This document shows positions 41,973 to 56,724 of a DNA stretch of 64,000 nucleotides, one piece after another. A program made the translations under genes and the position numbers. Source of the DNA: Eledone cirrhosa (Eukaryota); assembly GCA_964016885.1 (NCBI GenBank), contig OZ024743.1, positions 79,980,001 through 80,044,000 on the forward strand. The letters run 5' to 3'. Position 1 is the first letter of the stretch. Each line of letters starts with the position of its first letter. Below the pieces are notes generated by a model that worked only from the letters and a program-made list of their open reading frames with translations, was not told where the DNA came from and made no database searches.

Positions 41973-42789
41973 GCTAATTTTTTATCGTAACATCACCAAA
42001 TTAAGTTGTCAAGAGAGAGGAAGAGAGAGAAGGAATGCAAGCGAGATATTCCAAGATCTATAAAGTGTCTAACAAACGCTGTAATGGTGGACAGGTAAAT
42101 TCCTTTCTTTTCCAATCACACCGATCTAAGTTCAAATCTTACTTTCACTTATCTGAAATCATCTCAGGTCTTGTTTTACCATTTATAAGGGAGCCTATAT
42201 GAAGTTATTTGATTTGCTAAAAATTGCAGCTCATTCTCCTTCATTATATAATGACACCTTTGATAAGGACAAGCATATTTTAGTAACATAAACTTCGATC
42301 TGAATGCAAGGAAGGTTTTGTCTGAACACCTTCGATCACTTGTCTGAACAAATAGAGCTGATAATGATTGCCAACATATATTGATGTATATATTTGCTAC
42401 TAAAATTGCAGTGAAGTAGTAACCATGGAGACTGTAATTTGTGTTCTATAAATAATGAGGTTGTTATTGGTTTTAGTTTAGACACGGCTCCAATAATTTG
42501 GTGGGTGGAGAAACTTGGTTAAATCGAGCCTAGTTCTTGGTTAGTACTTTATTTTCTCGAACTCAGAAGGATGAAAGGGAAAGTTACCGGCGGCGGGGTT
42601 TGAACTCAGAACGTAAAAAACGAAAACAAAAATCACAAGGTATTTTCTCCGATACTTTAACGATTCTACCATTCCACACCTTAGACCATTATTTCATTAT
42701 CTGATGGATTTAAATATGGCTGAATTGTGAAGATAGAGTTTCAACAACTTTAGTAAATAAAAACATTAAGGTTGTCCACAGATTTTTCT

Positions 42790-43135
42790 ACAATTATTTA
42801 ATAACAGAAAATGAAGGGAAGGGCAAGGGGTCTGAGAATGGAAAAAAGAAGAATGGGGGTGGAGGGTAATGGGCTTTAGACCTAGGGCGTGGCGGTGTTG
42901 GGGCTTTACTCCGCGGAGGAGACCGCAAACGTATTTCCGTGGACAATGACAAGAGACATCGACTGCAACAGCCACCCCACCTCGCTGGGCTCCTTCTTCA
43001 GACGGGCTGCTCACGTTCCGATCTTTCGAAGAACCTCGGCAATACGGGGTCCAAGTACGCCAGGGGTCTCGACAGTGAACAGTGCGAAGAGGAAGTCGCC
43101 GGACAATTCCCGGTATTTGTTTTCCTCCATGGATC
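42790..43135 (-). mobile_element. CRE-like LINE 3' fragment (restriction-like endonuclease C-terminus, decayed)
   Basis: EENKYRELSGDFLFALFTVETPGVLGP...LQSMSLVIVHGNTFAVSS*. Confidence 0.7.
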
Positions 43136-43931
43136 TACAAAATAAGTCTAATAGTCCAACCTCTTTAGATCCTTCTTGAAACCCCGATCAAATCATAAAC
43201 CTGGAATAAACGTGGAATTTGGAACATAGCATCAACGAAGCAGCATGAGCAATACCAACAACCATTACACCAATATTTTCGAGTTTAAAACTTTTAGTTA
43301 ATTGAATACTAAATATTTCTATCTTCTACTTGAAAGACAATATTGAGAAAACGAGCTTGATGCTAGTAAAAATGACCCTTGATTGATTTCACCAGTAAAC
43401 ACAACACTCAATAAACCAACCACTGACCTGCCTACACTCATAACTCCCACTATAACAATAAGCGATCTGCATGTGTGTACCATATTGTAGTCCTCCTGTT
43501 ATCGAGCCCTCTAAAATATGTAATCATCACCTTTTGTGGCGAAACCTACTCTAATTAGAACATGTCCAGGGGTAATAGTTATTACTGGATGGTTAGTACA
43601 CTTTAATGTATTATTTTAATTGATCTGTATTCTCCTTTCATTCGTAGACACTATGTTCGTCTCTCTGGTGGTTTTCTATCCCCTATTATTAAACAAATAC
43701 CGCTATGTCGACTTCTCTCTTTATACTGATTTATATATAATTTCACTTTTCTCTTGAACATCCAGAGTCGTGAGGGTGCTGTACCACTCTCCAGGACATA
43801 TATATATATATAGAGAAGTGGTTATACAACAGTTTGTTCACCATACCGAGAACAATTGTTTCACCTTAGCGGCTCGTCCCATGGACTGAGTGCTCTACCA
43901 CTACGGATATTACCTCCCAGTGTTCTACCAC

Positions 43932-44021
<90 letters not shown>

Positions 44022-44080
44022 AGAATGAGTTTTTTTTTCAAGATGAAAAAGAAACCGAGATGTCTTACATGAGTGAAAGT

Positions 44081-44334
44081 ATAAGGAAGAAGGATGAAAT
44101 CGAAAATGTCACTGGAGTCTTTATTTGTTCCCTTTATTTGTTCCCTTTACCGGTTTCACAGTTCTTATGCTTTTCAAAATTAGAATTGAGATGGAGGGCA
44201 TCGGATGCGAGAAAAAACACACATCCACCACCTGAATTCTACTTTTGAAAAGCATAAGAACTGTGAAACCGGTAAAGGGAACAAATAAATATTCTTAAAA
44301 AGACTCCATTTGCATTTTCGATTTCATCTTTTTT

Positions 44335-44340
<6 letters not shown>
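44081..44340. mobile_element. Foldback pLTR mini-element between (TA)n tracts with a degenerate hammerhead
   Basis: Arms 44081-44195 and 44225-44340; CTT-TTGAAAA-GCA..TGT-GAAA-CCGG-TA-AAG at 44242-44277. Confidence 0.7.
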
Positions 44341-45517
<1,177 letters not shown>

Positions 45518-45646
45518 TATATATATATATATATAGCGAGAGAGAGGGAGATAAAGAGGCAAACAGTAAAAACAAAACCCCAACAAAATCTAAAGCGTCA
45601 GTATCTCCTATCTCTTCTTCATGTTTCGTCATCTTAACGACAGTAA

Positions 45647-45881
45647 TTGCTGTCGTTGTTGTGTGTTAACATTGTCTGGTCGCCATCTTGAACCGGTGTC
45701 AACACCTTCACTCATACAATATCCTACACTCATAAATACTTTGTTTTGTGTATAATATTGTCTAATCTGGTCGCCATATTGCTGTCGTTGTTGTGTGTTA
45801 ATATAACATTGTCTGGTCGCCATGTTGAGCCGGTGTCAACACCTTCACTCATACATTATCTTACACTCATAATTACTTTGT
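45647..45881. repeat. Direct duplication of about 100 bp
   Basis: TTGCTGTCGTTGTTGTGTGTTA...CACTCATAA.TACTTTGT at 45647 and 45779. Confidence 0.85.
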
Positions 45882-46016
45882 AAAAGACGCATCAGAGAAA
45901 ATATTTTCTATGCCAAAGATTAATCAAAAGAACAACCAATGATAGAACATTCATTAACTGGTACGGTGAGGTTGACAGGAAGTTGTAGCTCTAGTAGTGG
46001 TGTTGTTGTGGTGGTT

Positions 46017-46068
<52 letters not shown>

Positions 46069-46069
<1 letters not shown>

Positions 46070-46824
46070 CTAATTTGCATATCGAGTGAGTTAATCGGCC
46101 GGGCGCACCGAAAACGATAAACGGAAAAAATGAAACGAAATTTCATTTCTCACTCTTAGTACGGCTGTTACTTAAATATAAGTATGTATACGTACATACA
46201 TATATGTATACAGACGTACAGTAGTATGTATATATATACATACATGCACACATATATATATGGACGTATGGATTTACCGAGCATTTATTATGATGCTCGG
46301 TTTGTTTGTAAACAAACATCCCGAATTAAGCCGTACAGTGTTTAGCAACCATCGTTTCACTCTGTATACATATATGTATGTACGTATACATACTTATATT
46401 TAAGTAACAGCCGTACTAAGAGTGAGAAATGAAATTTCGTTTCATTTTTTCCGTTTATCGTTTTCGGTGCGCCCGGCCGATTAACTCACTCGATATGCAG
46501 ATTAGGCTGCTCAGCCGTTAATATGCATTAGGAAAGTATATACTTTCAGACGTTCAATCCTCTGGAGGGAAGGTATACGGTGCTGACGATAGCTAATAAG
46601 CTTGAAACTAGTACATTGTTCCTTTGTCAGTGTTGAACAAAAGGGCAACGATGGTTGCTAAACACTGTACGGCTTAATTCGGGATGTTTGTTTACAAACA
46701 AACCGAGCATTATAATAAATGCTCGGTAAATCCATAATACGTCCATATATATATGTGTGCATGTATGTATATATATACATACTACTGTACGTCTGTATAC
46801 ATATTTGTATGTACGTATACATAG

Positions 46825-46825
<1 letters not shown>
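46069..46825. mobile_element. Retrozyme-like non-coding element: partial unit on - (46069-46360) joined to about 1.07 units on + (46361-46825)
   Basis: 431-bp period (TCTGTATACAT at 46361 and 46792); same unit as 58451-59155. Confidence 0.8.
46577..46619 (+). ncRNA. Minimal type I hammerhead ribozyme
   Basis: ACGGTG-CTGACGA-T-AGCT-AATA-AGCT-T-GAAA-CTAG-TA-CATTGT. Confidence 0.8.
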
Positions 46826-46849
<24 letters not shown>

Positions 46850-46861
<12 letters not shown>

Positions 46862-47343
46862 TGTAGTTCCTGTCTGTTTGTTTCTTTGTTTGTTTGTTCA
46901 CGAACGCCTCCTATGGTTTTGGAGATAACCATTTATATTCTGAAACTACATTGCCCAGGGTACTTGGATAAGTATATTTCATTTTAATAAAAGGGTTCCC
47001 CGGGGGCACAAACCCCCGCTGAAAATGTTTTCCCTTTGATTTATATGAAATTTAAATCATAGGTAAATGACAAGATATGATGCCTATTCACAGAAGTTTT
47101 GAATTGATATTTTCAAAAACATTATTTTCAAGAAACAAAATAAGAATAAGATTTAATAATGTAATTTTGATTTGATATATTACAAAATATAATGTTTTTC
47201 AATTTTTCATGCATTACATTTTACATTGAGTAATATTGAAATGCAGAGTTTTTCTCCAAAAATTATATCACTGATTTAAAATCAATCATCATTTTCTTAC
47301 CAAAAGAATGTGAAATACAGCAAGGCGCGGGTAATTCGGCTAG
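46850..47343 (+). mobile_element. Non-autonomous Helitron-like element
   Basis: 3' GC-rich subterminal segment followed by CTAG|T; 5' end lies within (TA)n and is followed by (TGTT/TGTC)n. Confidence 0.6.
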
Positions 47344-47420
47344 TACACACACACACACATACATACACGCACACATACGCACACACACACACACACAAAG
47401 ACACTCATATATATATATGT

Positions 47421-47722
47421 ATATTGTTATACTTGGGGAGGGTCATATTGTTGTAATAATATTGCCAGAAATAATAACAGAACTCACTGATTGGTTGGTT
47501 TTCGCTTCTGCATCTTTTATATCTCCATAGTTAATTTATCTGGCAATCAATGTTTATCATTGATTGACCAACGGTTAAAAATACAGATATAAATACATAT
47601 ATATAGGCTAACAAAGTGTACTATTATGTTTCCTCCCATTGTATTGTTTTGTGCTGTATTGTCTACGCCATTTTCATTGTCTCGTCACACGATTTCATAT
47701 CAAAAACCTTGCAATACAAATA
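47421..47722 (-). mobile_element. Diverged solo pLTR of the PLE family at 49975-51092
   Basis: Similar to the reverse complement of 50830-51092. Confidence 0.75.
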
Positions 47723-47724
47723 TA

Positions 47725-48927
47725 TCTATATTATAAAGCTGACCTTTCGCCAAACGGTTGGACCAAACAGCATCAAATTTGCGCCATAGATGTAACTTTT
47801 TCCAAGTAGAAATGTAAGGGTATTTTTGTCTACTGAATTTTGTTAAAAGATTAAATATTCACTTCTTTAAAATTCCAAATGTTAACACTTCCAGTTATAC
47901 GACATTCCTCCCTTTTTCTTAGTCTGTCTCTTTAGATAGATACATAGCTATGACGTCACGCCATTATAATATGTATCTGTATATTTGGTTGTCTGCATTA
48001 GATAACGTTTTTCGAAATATTTAATTCTGCGTTCACAAATTGAATTTTTTAGTTTCAGAAGATCCCTTTAAGGGTGAAAGCAGTGATTCTTTGTTTAAAC
48101 TTTAATCTGCTATTTTAATATATATATTCGTGTACAGTTATTTTTGCATGCACAAAAACTAAAATCTATTTATTTCACGAAAGCACGGATAAATGCCCAC
48201 ATTTAAAGTACAGGGCCAAGTGTACCACACGATTGGAAATCTCCTACCTCTGACCGACGAAAACCACAAGTTTTTGCAAATCTACTTCATTGGAGATGCA
48301 GATTCACAAGTGATACGTCGCCATCGGGCCATCCCAGGAACCAGACTTGAAATCATTCGCCAGTTACAGGACATGTTAAGCGACTTCAGTTTCCAATAAG
48401 ACTAAGCTTCGCGATTACCATCAACAAAGCTCAGGGTCAAACCCTAAAAGTGGCTGGTCTTTATCTGAGAAAACCATGCTTCTCCCGTGGGCAATTGTAT
48501 GTAGGATGCTCTAGGGTGAGCTCGCCAAACAATCTCTTCATCTTTGCTCCGGAGGGCCGAACAAAAACTATTGAATACTCTGAGGCTTTAACAATATAAC
48601 TTATGTATTTTCTGTTGCTTGGAATTTCCATTATGGTTGTACAAATTATTGTAAAGTTTATCAAAATATTTCTCTGTTCAGCCTTTATTGTTGTAACTAT
48701 CAATTTTCTTTAACGTACTGGCTGCTGAAACTGGGGAATCCTAAAAACTATTCAAACCCAACACCAGAGCACGTTAACCCCCCCCCCCCCCCCACACCAA
48801 CCCTCCCTACCCAAAACTCGCAGACTTGAGAGGGCGTGCGGTATCTTTGTACTGGAGTGGAGGGGGAATCCTGGAAAGATAAAATGCCGGTATACCTAGC
48901 CGGGCGCCAGCCGGGCGGGCTAGCTAG
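47725..48927 (+). mobile_element. Internally deleted Helitron
   Basis: A|TC start, GC-rich hairpin-like segment plus CTAG|T end, RepHel fragments inside. Confidence 0.85.
48193..48599 (+). pseudogene. Helitron RepHel fragments: N-terminal region fused out of frame to PIF1-like helicase motifs V/VI
   Basis: MPTFKVQGQVYHTIGNLLP..KFLQIYF; 48381-48599 RLQFPIRLSFAITINKAQGQTL..FSRGQLYVGCSRV. Confidence 0.9.
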
Positions 48928-49595
48928 TATATATATATATATATATATATATCGCTATTTTTATCTTTGTATTAATCTCACAAGTCAAGCGATTAACCAC
49001 TTAATTTTGGGGGGGATTTTTAGTTAATTCTATTGACTGAATAATCGCTTGAGTTTATTTTAAAAACAACTGGGTCGAGAGCTTAATTCGTTTTGTGCTG
49101 CTTTTGCAAATTTTTGCAATAACTACACATGCTGAATTCACTGGCCAAAATAGGGGTTTTCTCCCCTTAGAACCTCACATGTGCTTTCATAACCTGTGAG
49201 ATTCTGGCCCACGAAGAACAAAATGCCTGTTGAGAAAGCGATGCCTTGTTCGATCATTATACCAAAAGCTTATTTCTTATAAGCAGATAGTATTATTGAT
49301 TTAAGTGTTGCAGAAACCCAATATCGGAGTATTCCATCTTCCCCGAGAGTCCGGGTAACTATTTAAATCATATCTTATTTTGTTTGACCCGTTTAGCTTT
49401 TTCGCTTTTTTGGTTCTGGTGGTTAATGGCTTCTTAACCATCGTCTCAGCTTGTATGACCTTTTTAACTTATGTTTATAGCTCTGGTATCTTCATATACA
49501 TGGAGCGCTTGTCTGCACAATACGGAAGTTGCGTTTCGCTAATTTCTACCCGCCGAAATGCAATTCTCGCTAAATTTATATTTATATATATATAT

Positions 49596-49690
<95 letters not shown>

Positions 49691-49974
49691 AAGAAAGAAG
49701 AGTAACGATCAACGAAACAATTGTCAGTACTTTAAATAAAGCCCATTACTGTACAGCCAACATTGCTAATCTTCATTCTTTAACTATTATTACTCCAAGT
49801 ATAACCTACATAGGAATTAGCGCGAACTCGCTGCAAAACTATGGAAGCATCTTGTTGAGTCAAACAAAGCCGTACGTTAAAACTATCCACGACGCAGGGT
49901 ACTCACAACCTCTAACTGGATTACCTATAACGATAACTTGTTATCCCATATATATATATATATTTATATAACGG

Positions 49975-51086
49975 CGATGAATTAGTTTTGCGAGGTTTTT
50001 GATATAAAATCGTGTGTCGAAACAAATATTGTTATACTTGGGGAGGGTCATATTTGTGTAATAATATTGCCAGAATTAATAACAGAACACACTCACTGTT
50101 TGGTTGTAGAAAGGCCCTGAGAAAGACCCACTTAAAGATTAAGGTTGTAGAAAAGCCAGGAACCACCATAAAATACCTGATCAGCAAAACCTACCCTTTT
50201 AAGAAAACCCACTGTACTAATAGGAAATGTATTATATGTAAAGTAAATCACCGGATAAACTGTAAAACTAGAAACGTAGTCTATAGCATAAGATGTACAG
50301 AGGGTACTTGCAGAAACACGACAACAACATACATAGGTGAGACAGCTCGTAGCATAGGTGAAAGGATAGACCAACACTGGGGGGAACTAAAAGGACGAAA
50401 AAATGGTTCAGTACTATACGAACATGCCAGACAACAACACGACGGTAACATAGACAACATAGAAATTAGAATAATATCTAAACATAGAAATGACCCAGCA
50501 GATAGGCAAATCAGAGAGGCCAGCGAAATAGAACCTAGAAGGCCAAAGCTAAACAGAAAAAATGAATGGAATAACAACACCCAAACAAACAATACTGACC
50601 TAAGAGAAGTATGAATAAATAAATACATACACAAGAACAATAACAACAAACACATATAAACACACACTAGTAAACTAAGATAGAATACAATAACCAATAC
50701 ACAGTCACCCAAACACGAACACACATCAAATACTATACACACACGCAAACGCATGCGCAGAGAAAAAAATAAAAATAAAAAAATAAAATAAACAGACTAA
50801 ATAAAGATGGCGTAGGCAAACAATACAACAGGAGGAAACATAATAGCACCACTGACGATGTTGCAGATGTGCAACGAAATAACTTTGTTAGACTATATAT
50901 ATGTGTTTGTGTCTATATTATATTTGTATATTTGACCGTTGGACAGTCAATGGTAACATTGAGGACCGAATAAATTAAATTAACCGATATAAAAGACACA
51001 GAAGCGAAAACCAACCAAACAGTGAGTGTGTTCTGTTATTAATTCTGGCACAATATTATTACACAAATATGACCCTCCCCAAGTAT

Positions 51087-51092
<6 letters not shown>
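49975..51092 (+). mobile_element. 5'-truncated PLE (GIY-YIG 50110-50614, Neptune-like by recall) with inverted pLTR ends and a degenerate hammerhead (50843-50896)
   Basis: CTNRKCIICK..CKTRNVVYSIRC..YIGETARSIGERIDQH..RQIREASEI; 50026-50106 is the reverse complement of 51012-51093; CTGACGA-T-GTTGCA..TGCAAC-GAAA. Confidence 0.88.
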
Positions 51093-51117
<25 letters not shown>

Positions 51118-51159
51118 GTAGAGCGTGTTACACAACTTTAAGTAGGTGTGTGTGGTCAT

Positions 51160-52372
51160 CAGTGTGGTAGTGTGGTGGTGTGGTAGTGTGGTAGTGTGGT
51201 TATGTGGTGGTGGTGTGGTGTGGTAGTGTGATAGTGTGGTAGTGTGGTAGTGTGGTGGTGTGGTAGTGTGGTAGTGTGGTTTTGTGGTGGTGTGGTAGTG
51301 TGGTAGTGCGGTGGTGGTCTAGTGGTGTGGTAGTGTGGTAGTGTGGTGGTGTGGTGGTGTGGTAGTGTGGTGATGTGATAATGTGGTGGTGTGGTGGTGT
51401 GGTAGTGTGGTGGTGTGGTGGTGTGGTAGTGTGGTGGTGGTGTGTTTGTGTGGTAGTGTGGTGGTGTGGTGGTGTGGTAGTGTGGTGATGTGGTAATGTG
51501 GTGGTGTGTTGGTGTGGTGATGTGGTAGTGTGGTGGTGTGTTGGTGTGGTAGTGTGGTAGTGTGGTGGTGGTGTGTTTGTGTGGTAGTGTGGTGGTGTGG
51601 TAGTGTGGTAGTGTGGTGGTGTGGTAGTGTGGTAATGTGTGGTGGTGTGGTAGTGTGGTGGTGTGGTAGTGTGGTGGTGTGGTGGTGTGGCAGTGTGGTA
51701 GTGTGGTGGTGTGGTGATGTTTTGGTGTGGTAGTGTGGTAGTGTGGTAGAGTGGTGGTGTGGTAGTGCAATAGTGTGGTAGTGTGGTGGTGTGGTAGTGT
51801 GGTGGTGTGTTGGTGTGGTAGTATGTTAGTGTAATAGCGTGGTAGTGTGGTAATGTAGTGTGGTGGTGTGGTAGTGTGGTAGTGTGGTGTGGTAGTGTGG
51901 TAGTGTGGTAGTGTGGTGGTGTGGTAGTGTTGTGTGGTGTGGTAGTGTGGTGGTGTGGTAGTGTGGTAGTGTGGTGGTGTGGTAGTGTAGTGTGGTGTGG
52001 TAGTGTGGTGGTGTGGTAGTGTGGTGTGGTAGTGTGGTGTGGTAGTGTGGTAGTGTGGTGTGGTAGTGTGGTAGTGTGGTAGTGTGGTGGTGTGGTAGTG
52101 TAGTGTGGTGTGGTAGTGTGGTAGTGTGGTAGTGTGGTAGTGTGGTGTGGTAGTGTGGTAGTGTGGTTGTGTGGTGTGGTAGTGTGGTAGTGTGGTAGTG
52201 CGGTGGTGTGGTAGTGTAGTGTGGTGTGGTAGTGTGGTAGTGTGGTAGTGTGGTTATGTGGTGGTGTGGTAGTGTGGTAGTGTGGTGGTGTGGTAGTGTG
52301 GTAGTGTGGTGGTGTGGTAGTGTAGTGTGGTGTGGTAGTGTGGTAGTGTGGTAGTGTGGTAGTGTAGTAGTG
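51160..52372. repeat. Compound GTGGT(A/G)GT micro/minisatellite
   Basis: Direct reading. Confidence 0.95.
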
Positions 52373-53596
52373 ATCAGAGAATCTGGCAATAAGAGACGAC
52401 CATGTTAAAGTGAAATGGGTGATATTGACCTGAAGTAAGATTGATTAAGACGAACGACGAAGGAGATCTGTGAAAGGTGACCTTTGCTGACCTTTGCTGA
52501 CCTTTGCTGACCTTTCTGGCCGAGGTGGACGGAGAAGTCCTCGCAGAGAACTAAAGGATGTGTTGCAGTAATATATGAAGTGGTGGTTATGTTGACAGAT
52601 ACACGGACATAGATAAATGGGTAGTGGTGGTATGTTGACATAGAGAGAGGGGAAGGGGAGGGGGAGGGAGAGAGAGACTGATAAGACAGAGAGAGAGCAG
52701 GGTCGCGAACGTTAGAGAAATATATTTATAAAGGAAGAGAGAGAGACTGATTAAGAGAGAGAGTGAGGGTGGTCTGAGGGGGTGGGGTGAGCGGTTTCAT
52801 GGATATATATATATATATATATAAAGAAAGAGAGGAAGATTGATTAAGACAGAGGGAGAGAAATGAAGGGGTTAACAGAGAGCGAGAGAGAGAGTGAGAG
52901 AGGGAGAGAGTGAATGAGAGAGTGAGAGATTGAGAGAGTGAGAGAGGGAGAGATAGAGTGAGAGAGAGAGAGAGTGAGAGAGTGAGAAGGAAGCGAAAGA
53001 AAAGACATTGAAGGACCGAGATTGTGAAAGAGAGACACTCTCACACACACTCACACACACTCACACACACACACTCACGCACACACACATGTTGGACCTC
53101 AGTCAGTTTTGCCACCGTGTGTTTCAGTTGATGTAATCACCACAACAGCCATCTCATGAAATTAATGCGCAAATGGGTGAGTTTTCAACAGACACGTGCA
53201 CGCTTAACCTAGTTCTAAGAGAGATCCAGTATGATGCCCTGTCTGACAAAGCTGGCCTTTTGAAATGTACTGAAGGAGCATGAAATAAAGTGTTTCACTC
53301 AATGACACGCCACCAGTAATCAACTCTCGAGATGAACACCCTAACCACTAAACCATAAGTCAGGGAGTACGGGAGTACAGAGGCAGGGAGTACGTTTCTC
53401 TGAGGAACACCAACAGTGTGAAACAGAATCTGTCAGCTTCTCTCCCTTCCTTTGCCGAGAATAAGTAAGTGACATGGTCACTACTTTAAAATGATAGCGC
53501 AAGGTCTTCAAAATGTTTTTAATTAAACATACGGTATATTGCCAAATATACTATACATACATTCATGTATACATCGCTATTTCAGAGGCACCAATC

Positions 53597-53689
<93 letters not shown>

Positions 53690-53693
<4 letters not shown>

Positions 53694-54733
53694 AATTGTT
53701 AAACAATATTCAATGATTATGTCAAAGAAAGAGTTTTACAGTAGATTGGAAGCACTCAACTAGAAATAATTTTCTGGAGTTATTAATATTAAAATATAAG
53801 TATTAATAAAATAGATGTTCTTTTGATCAATTACATTTTATTATACATATTTCGGATGTACAACAGTACGTCCTCATCAGACAAAATATAATGATACATG
53901 ACATACCCTGAGATGTTAAATGGTTAAGATTTAATCAAGGTAGTGATTAATCCGATAGAAAATTTTACTTATATTCTATCTATGAGAAAATGCGAAAACG
54001 TAATAAACTCATTAGAGAATGTGTGAGTAATAAAAAATGTTGCATACTGTAAGTGTTCTAAAATTTTAAAGTGTATGATACTACAATATATCTAGGAAAA
54101 CATCTCATGAATCATAACAGCCAGTGATAGCCACTGGAAAAGGATTTATAAAGAGGGAAAAATAAAGTGTGGGTTTTTTTCGAAAGTTAGACGGTTAGAT
54201 TTGAAAATATTTAATTTATAATATTAGGGTGAAGACTCCAGATTTCAGGATTATTTGCTAGTTATTTATATATTATTTATATAAATTCGATAAGTGTGTT
54301 ATCATTTCTAAACTTCTGAATTGTGAGAATAACATTGAAAGGATTTAGCTGGCACATAAAGAATGAAATATTATACTGTTGATTATTTACCTAAATTTAA
54401 ACTTTAACAAATATACCAACATATTAGGTATGTAAAGCTTTTGAAGTACTTCTTGTTATAAATATTTAAATAACTATTATGTATATAGGTATATATTAAT
54501 GAGCCAGTAAGTTTAAGGTAAATAATAACGACGAAGATAAAAATAAAATAAAATAATATGTTAAGGATAAATATATACATATGTATAACTGGGTGTACTA
54601 ATTATTCTTCAACCAAGATATCAACATATTATTAGATATAGGGATGTATATATATAGATATATATTAGGTATTATTAGTGTAGTATACTTTAGGTAAATG
54701 ATAACAGTTAAACTCTTATCAACGTGTTACATT

Positions 54734-54831
<98 letters not shown>

Positions 54832-56655
54832 AAAGAAAAACAAGCAATGAGTGCATGGATAATACAGAGTTCAAAATAATGTCTATAATAATTTTTAGTT
54901 TGGATATTTTCTCTATATTTGAATCATATATATAGAAATGTGGTAGGTATATTTAAAAATATTTAAAAATATATAAAATACAATATATAACTACATATAT
55001 ATTATAATACATTATATTATAAATAAATAAGTAAGAGACCGAAAGTACAGCGAAAAATTCACATTTATATATAAGTTTGAATCCGTCTCAAAATTTAGAT
55101 TTTATATTGCAGTAAGTATATTTAAAAGAAATATATGTTATATTATACTATAAATAATAGATCCAAAACTCATTAAAAATTTGGAGTTATAGATAAGTTT
55201 CATAAAAATTTATGGATTGGGTATTAAACTAAGATTTAAAAGAGATCATAAATGTATTAAAAATTCACAGTTAAATAAATCCATAAATATGTAACGATTA
55301 AGTATTGTACTAAATTATAGATAGAAATAATGAGATAAAGAAATGATGGTGTTGATCAAAGTTAACAAATAATGTTGTGTGTATCAATGTTTAGGCATGT
55401 TAATTGAAAAATTGTCATTCATTCTAACGTTGTTTTTTCTATAGATAGTTATAAAATAAAGCAATATTAAAGGCCATTGATGTTTTTTACTGTTGATTAT
55501 ATATTCCTGGTAACCGAGTTGTTATTGGTTCTTTCTTTCTCGTTTTATGTGAGGCTAAAAAAGTGGACGTAGCTTTATGGAGGCAACTAGAGAATAATTC
55601 ACGTTTTTGTTAATTAGGGTCTCATAATTATTAATAATCAACAGGGTCTCTATTGTAGATGTATTATCCATCCACTCATTGTTTGTTTTTCTTATATGTA
55701 TATATATATTTAAATGTAACACGTTGATAAGAGTATAACTGTTATCATTTACCTAAAGTATACTACACTAATAATACCTAATATATATCTATATATATAC
55801 ATCCCTATATCTAATAATATGTTGATATCTTGGTTGAAGAATAATAAGTACATTTACACCCAGTTATACATATGTATATATTTATCCTTAACATATTATT
55901 TCATTTTATTTTTATCTTCGTCGTTATTATTTACCTTAAACATACTGGCTCATTAATATATACCTATATACATAATAGTTATTTAAATATTTATAACAAG
56001 AAGTACTTCAAAAGCTTTACATACCTAATATGTTGGTATATTTGTTAAAGTTTAAATTTAGGTAAATAATCAACAGTATAATATTTCATTCTTTATATGC
56101 CAGCTAAATCCTTTCAATGTTATTCTCACAATTCAGAAGTTTAGAAATGATAACACACTTATCGAATTTATATAAATAATATATAAATAACTAGCAAATA
56201 ATCCTGAAATCTGGAGTCTTCACCCTAATATTATAAATTAAGTATTTTCAAATCTAACCGTCTAATTTTCGAAAAAAACCCACACTTTATTTTTCCCTCT
56301 TTATAAATCCTTTTCCAGTGGCTATCACTGGCTGTTATGATTCATGAGATGTTTTCCTAGATATATTGTAGTATCATACACTTTAAAATTTTAGAACACT
56401 TACAGTATGCAACGTTTTTTATTACTCACACATTCTCTAATGAGTTTATTACGTTTTCGCATTTTCTCATAGATAGAATATAAGTAAAATTTTCTATCGG
56501 ATTAATCACTACCTTGATTAAATCTTAACCATTTAACATCTCAGGGTATGTCATGTATCATTATATTTTGTCTGATGAGGACGTACTGTTGTACATCCGA
56601 AATATGTATAATAAAATGTAATTGATCAAAAGAACATCTATTTTATTAATACTTA

Positions 56656-56660
<5 letters not shown>
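53690..56660. mobile_element. PLE 3' end on - (55690-53690) plus an inverted copy on + (55700-56660), giving ~950-bp inverted arms each ending in a hammerhead
   Basis: 53792-54745 matches the reverse complement of 55700-56660 with few differences; minus-strand ..ELFSSCLH (GIY-YIG tail) near 55570-55640. Confidence 0.88.
56561..56621 (+). ncRNA. Minimal type I hammerhead (identical copy 53831-53891 on -)
   Basis: TTATATTTTGT-CTGATGA-GGACGTAC-TGTT-GTACATCC-GAAA-TATGTA-TA-ATAAAATGTAA. Confidence 0.85.

Positions 56661-56721
<61 letters not shown>

Positions 56722-56724
<3 letters not shown>

Noticed and set aside
51160-52372. Telomeric repeat array
   Set aside because: GTGGTAGT-type compound repeat, not TTAGGG, and irregular in period.
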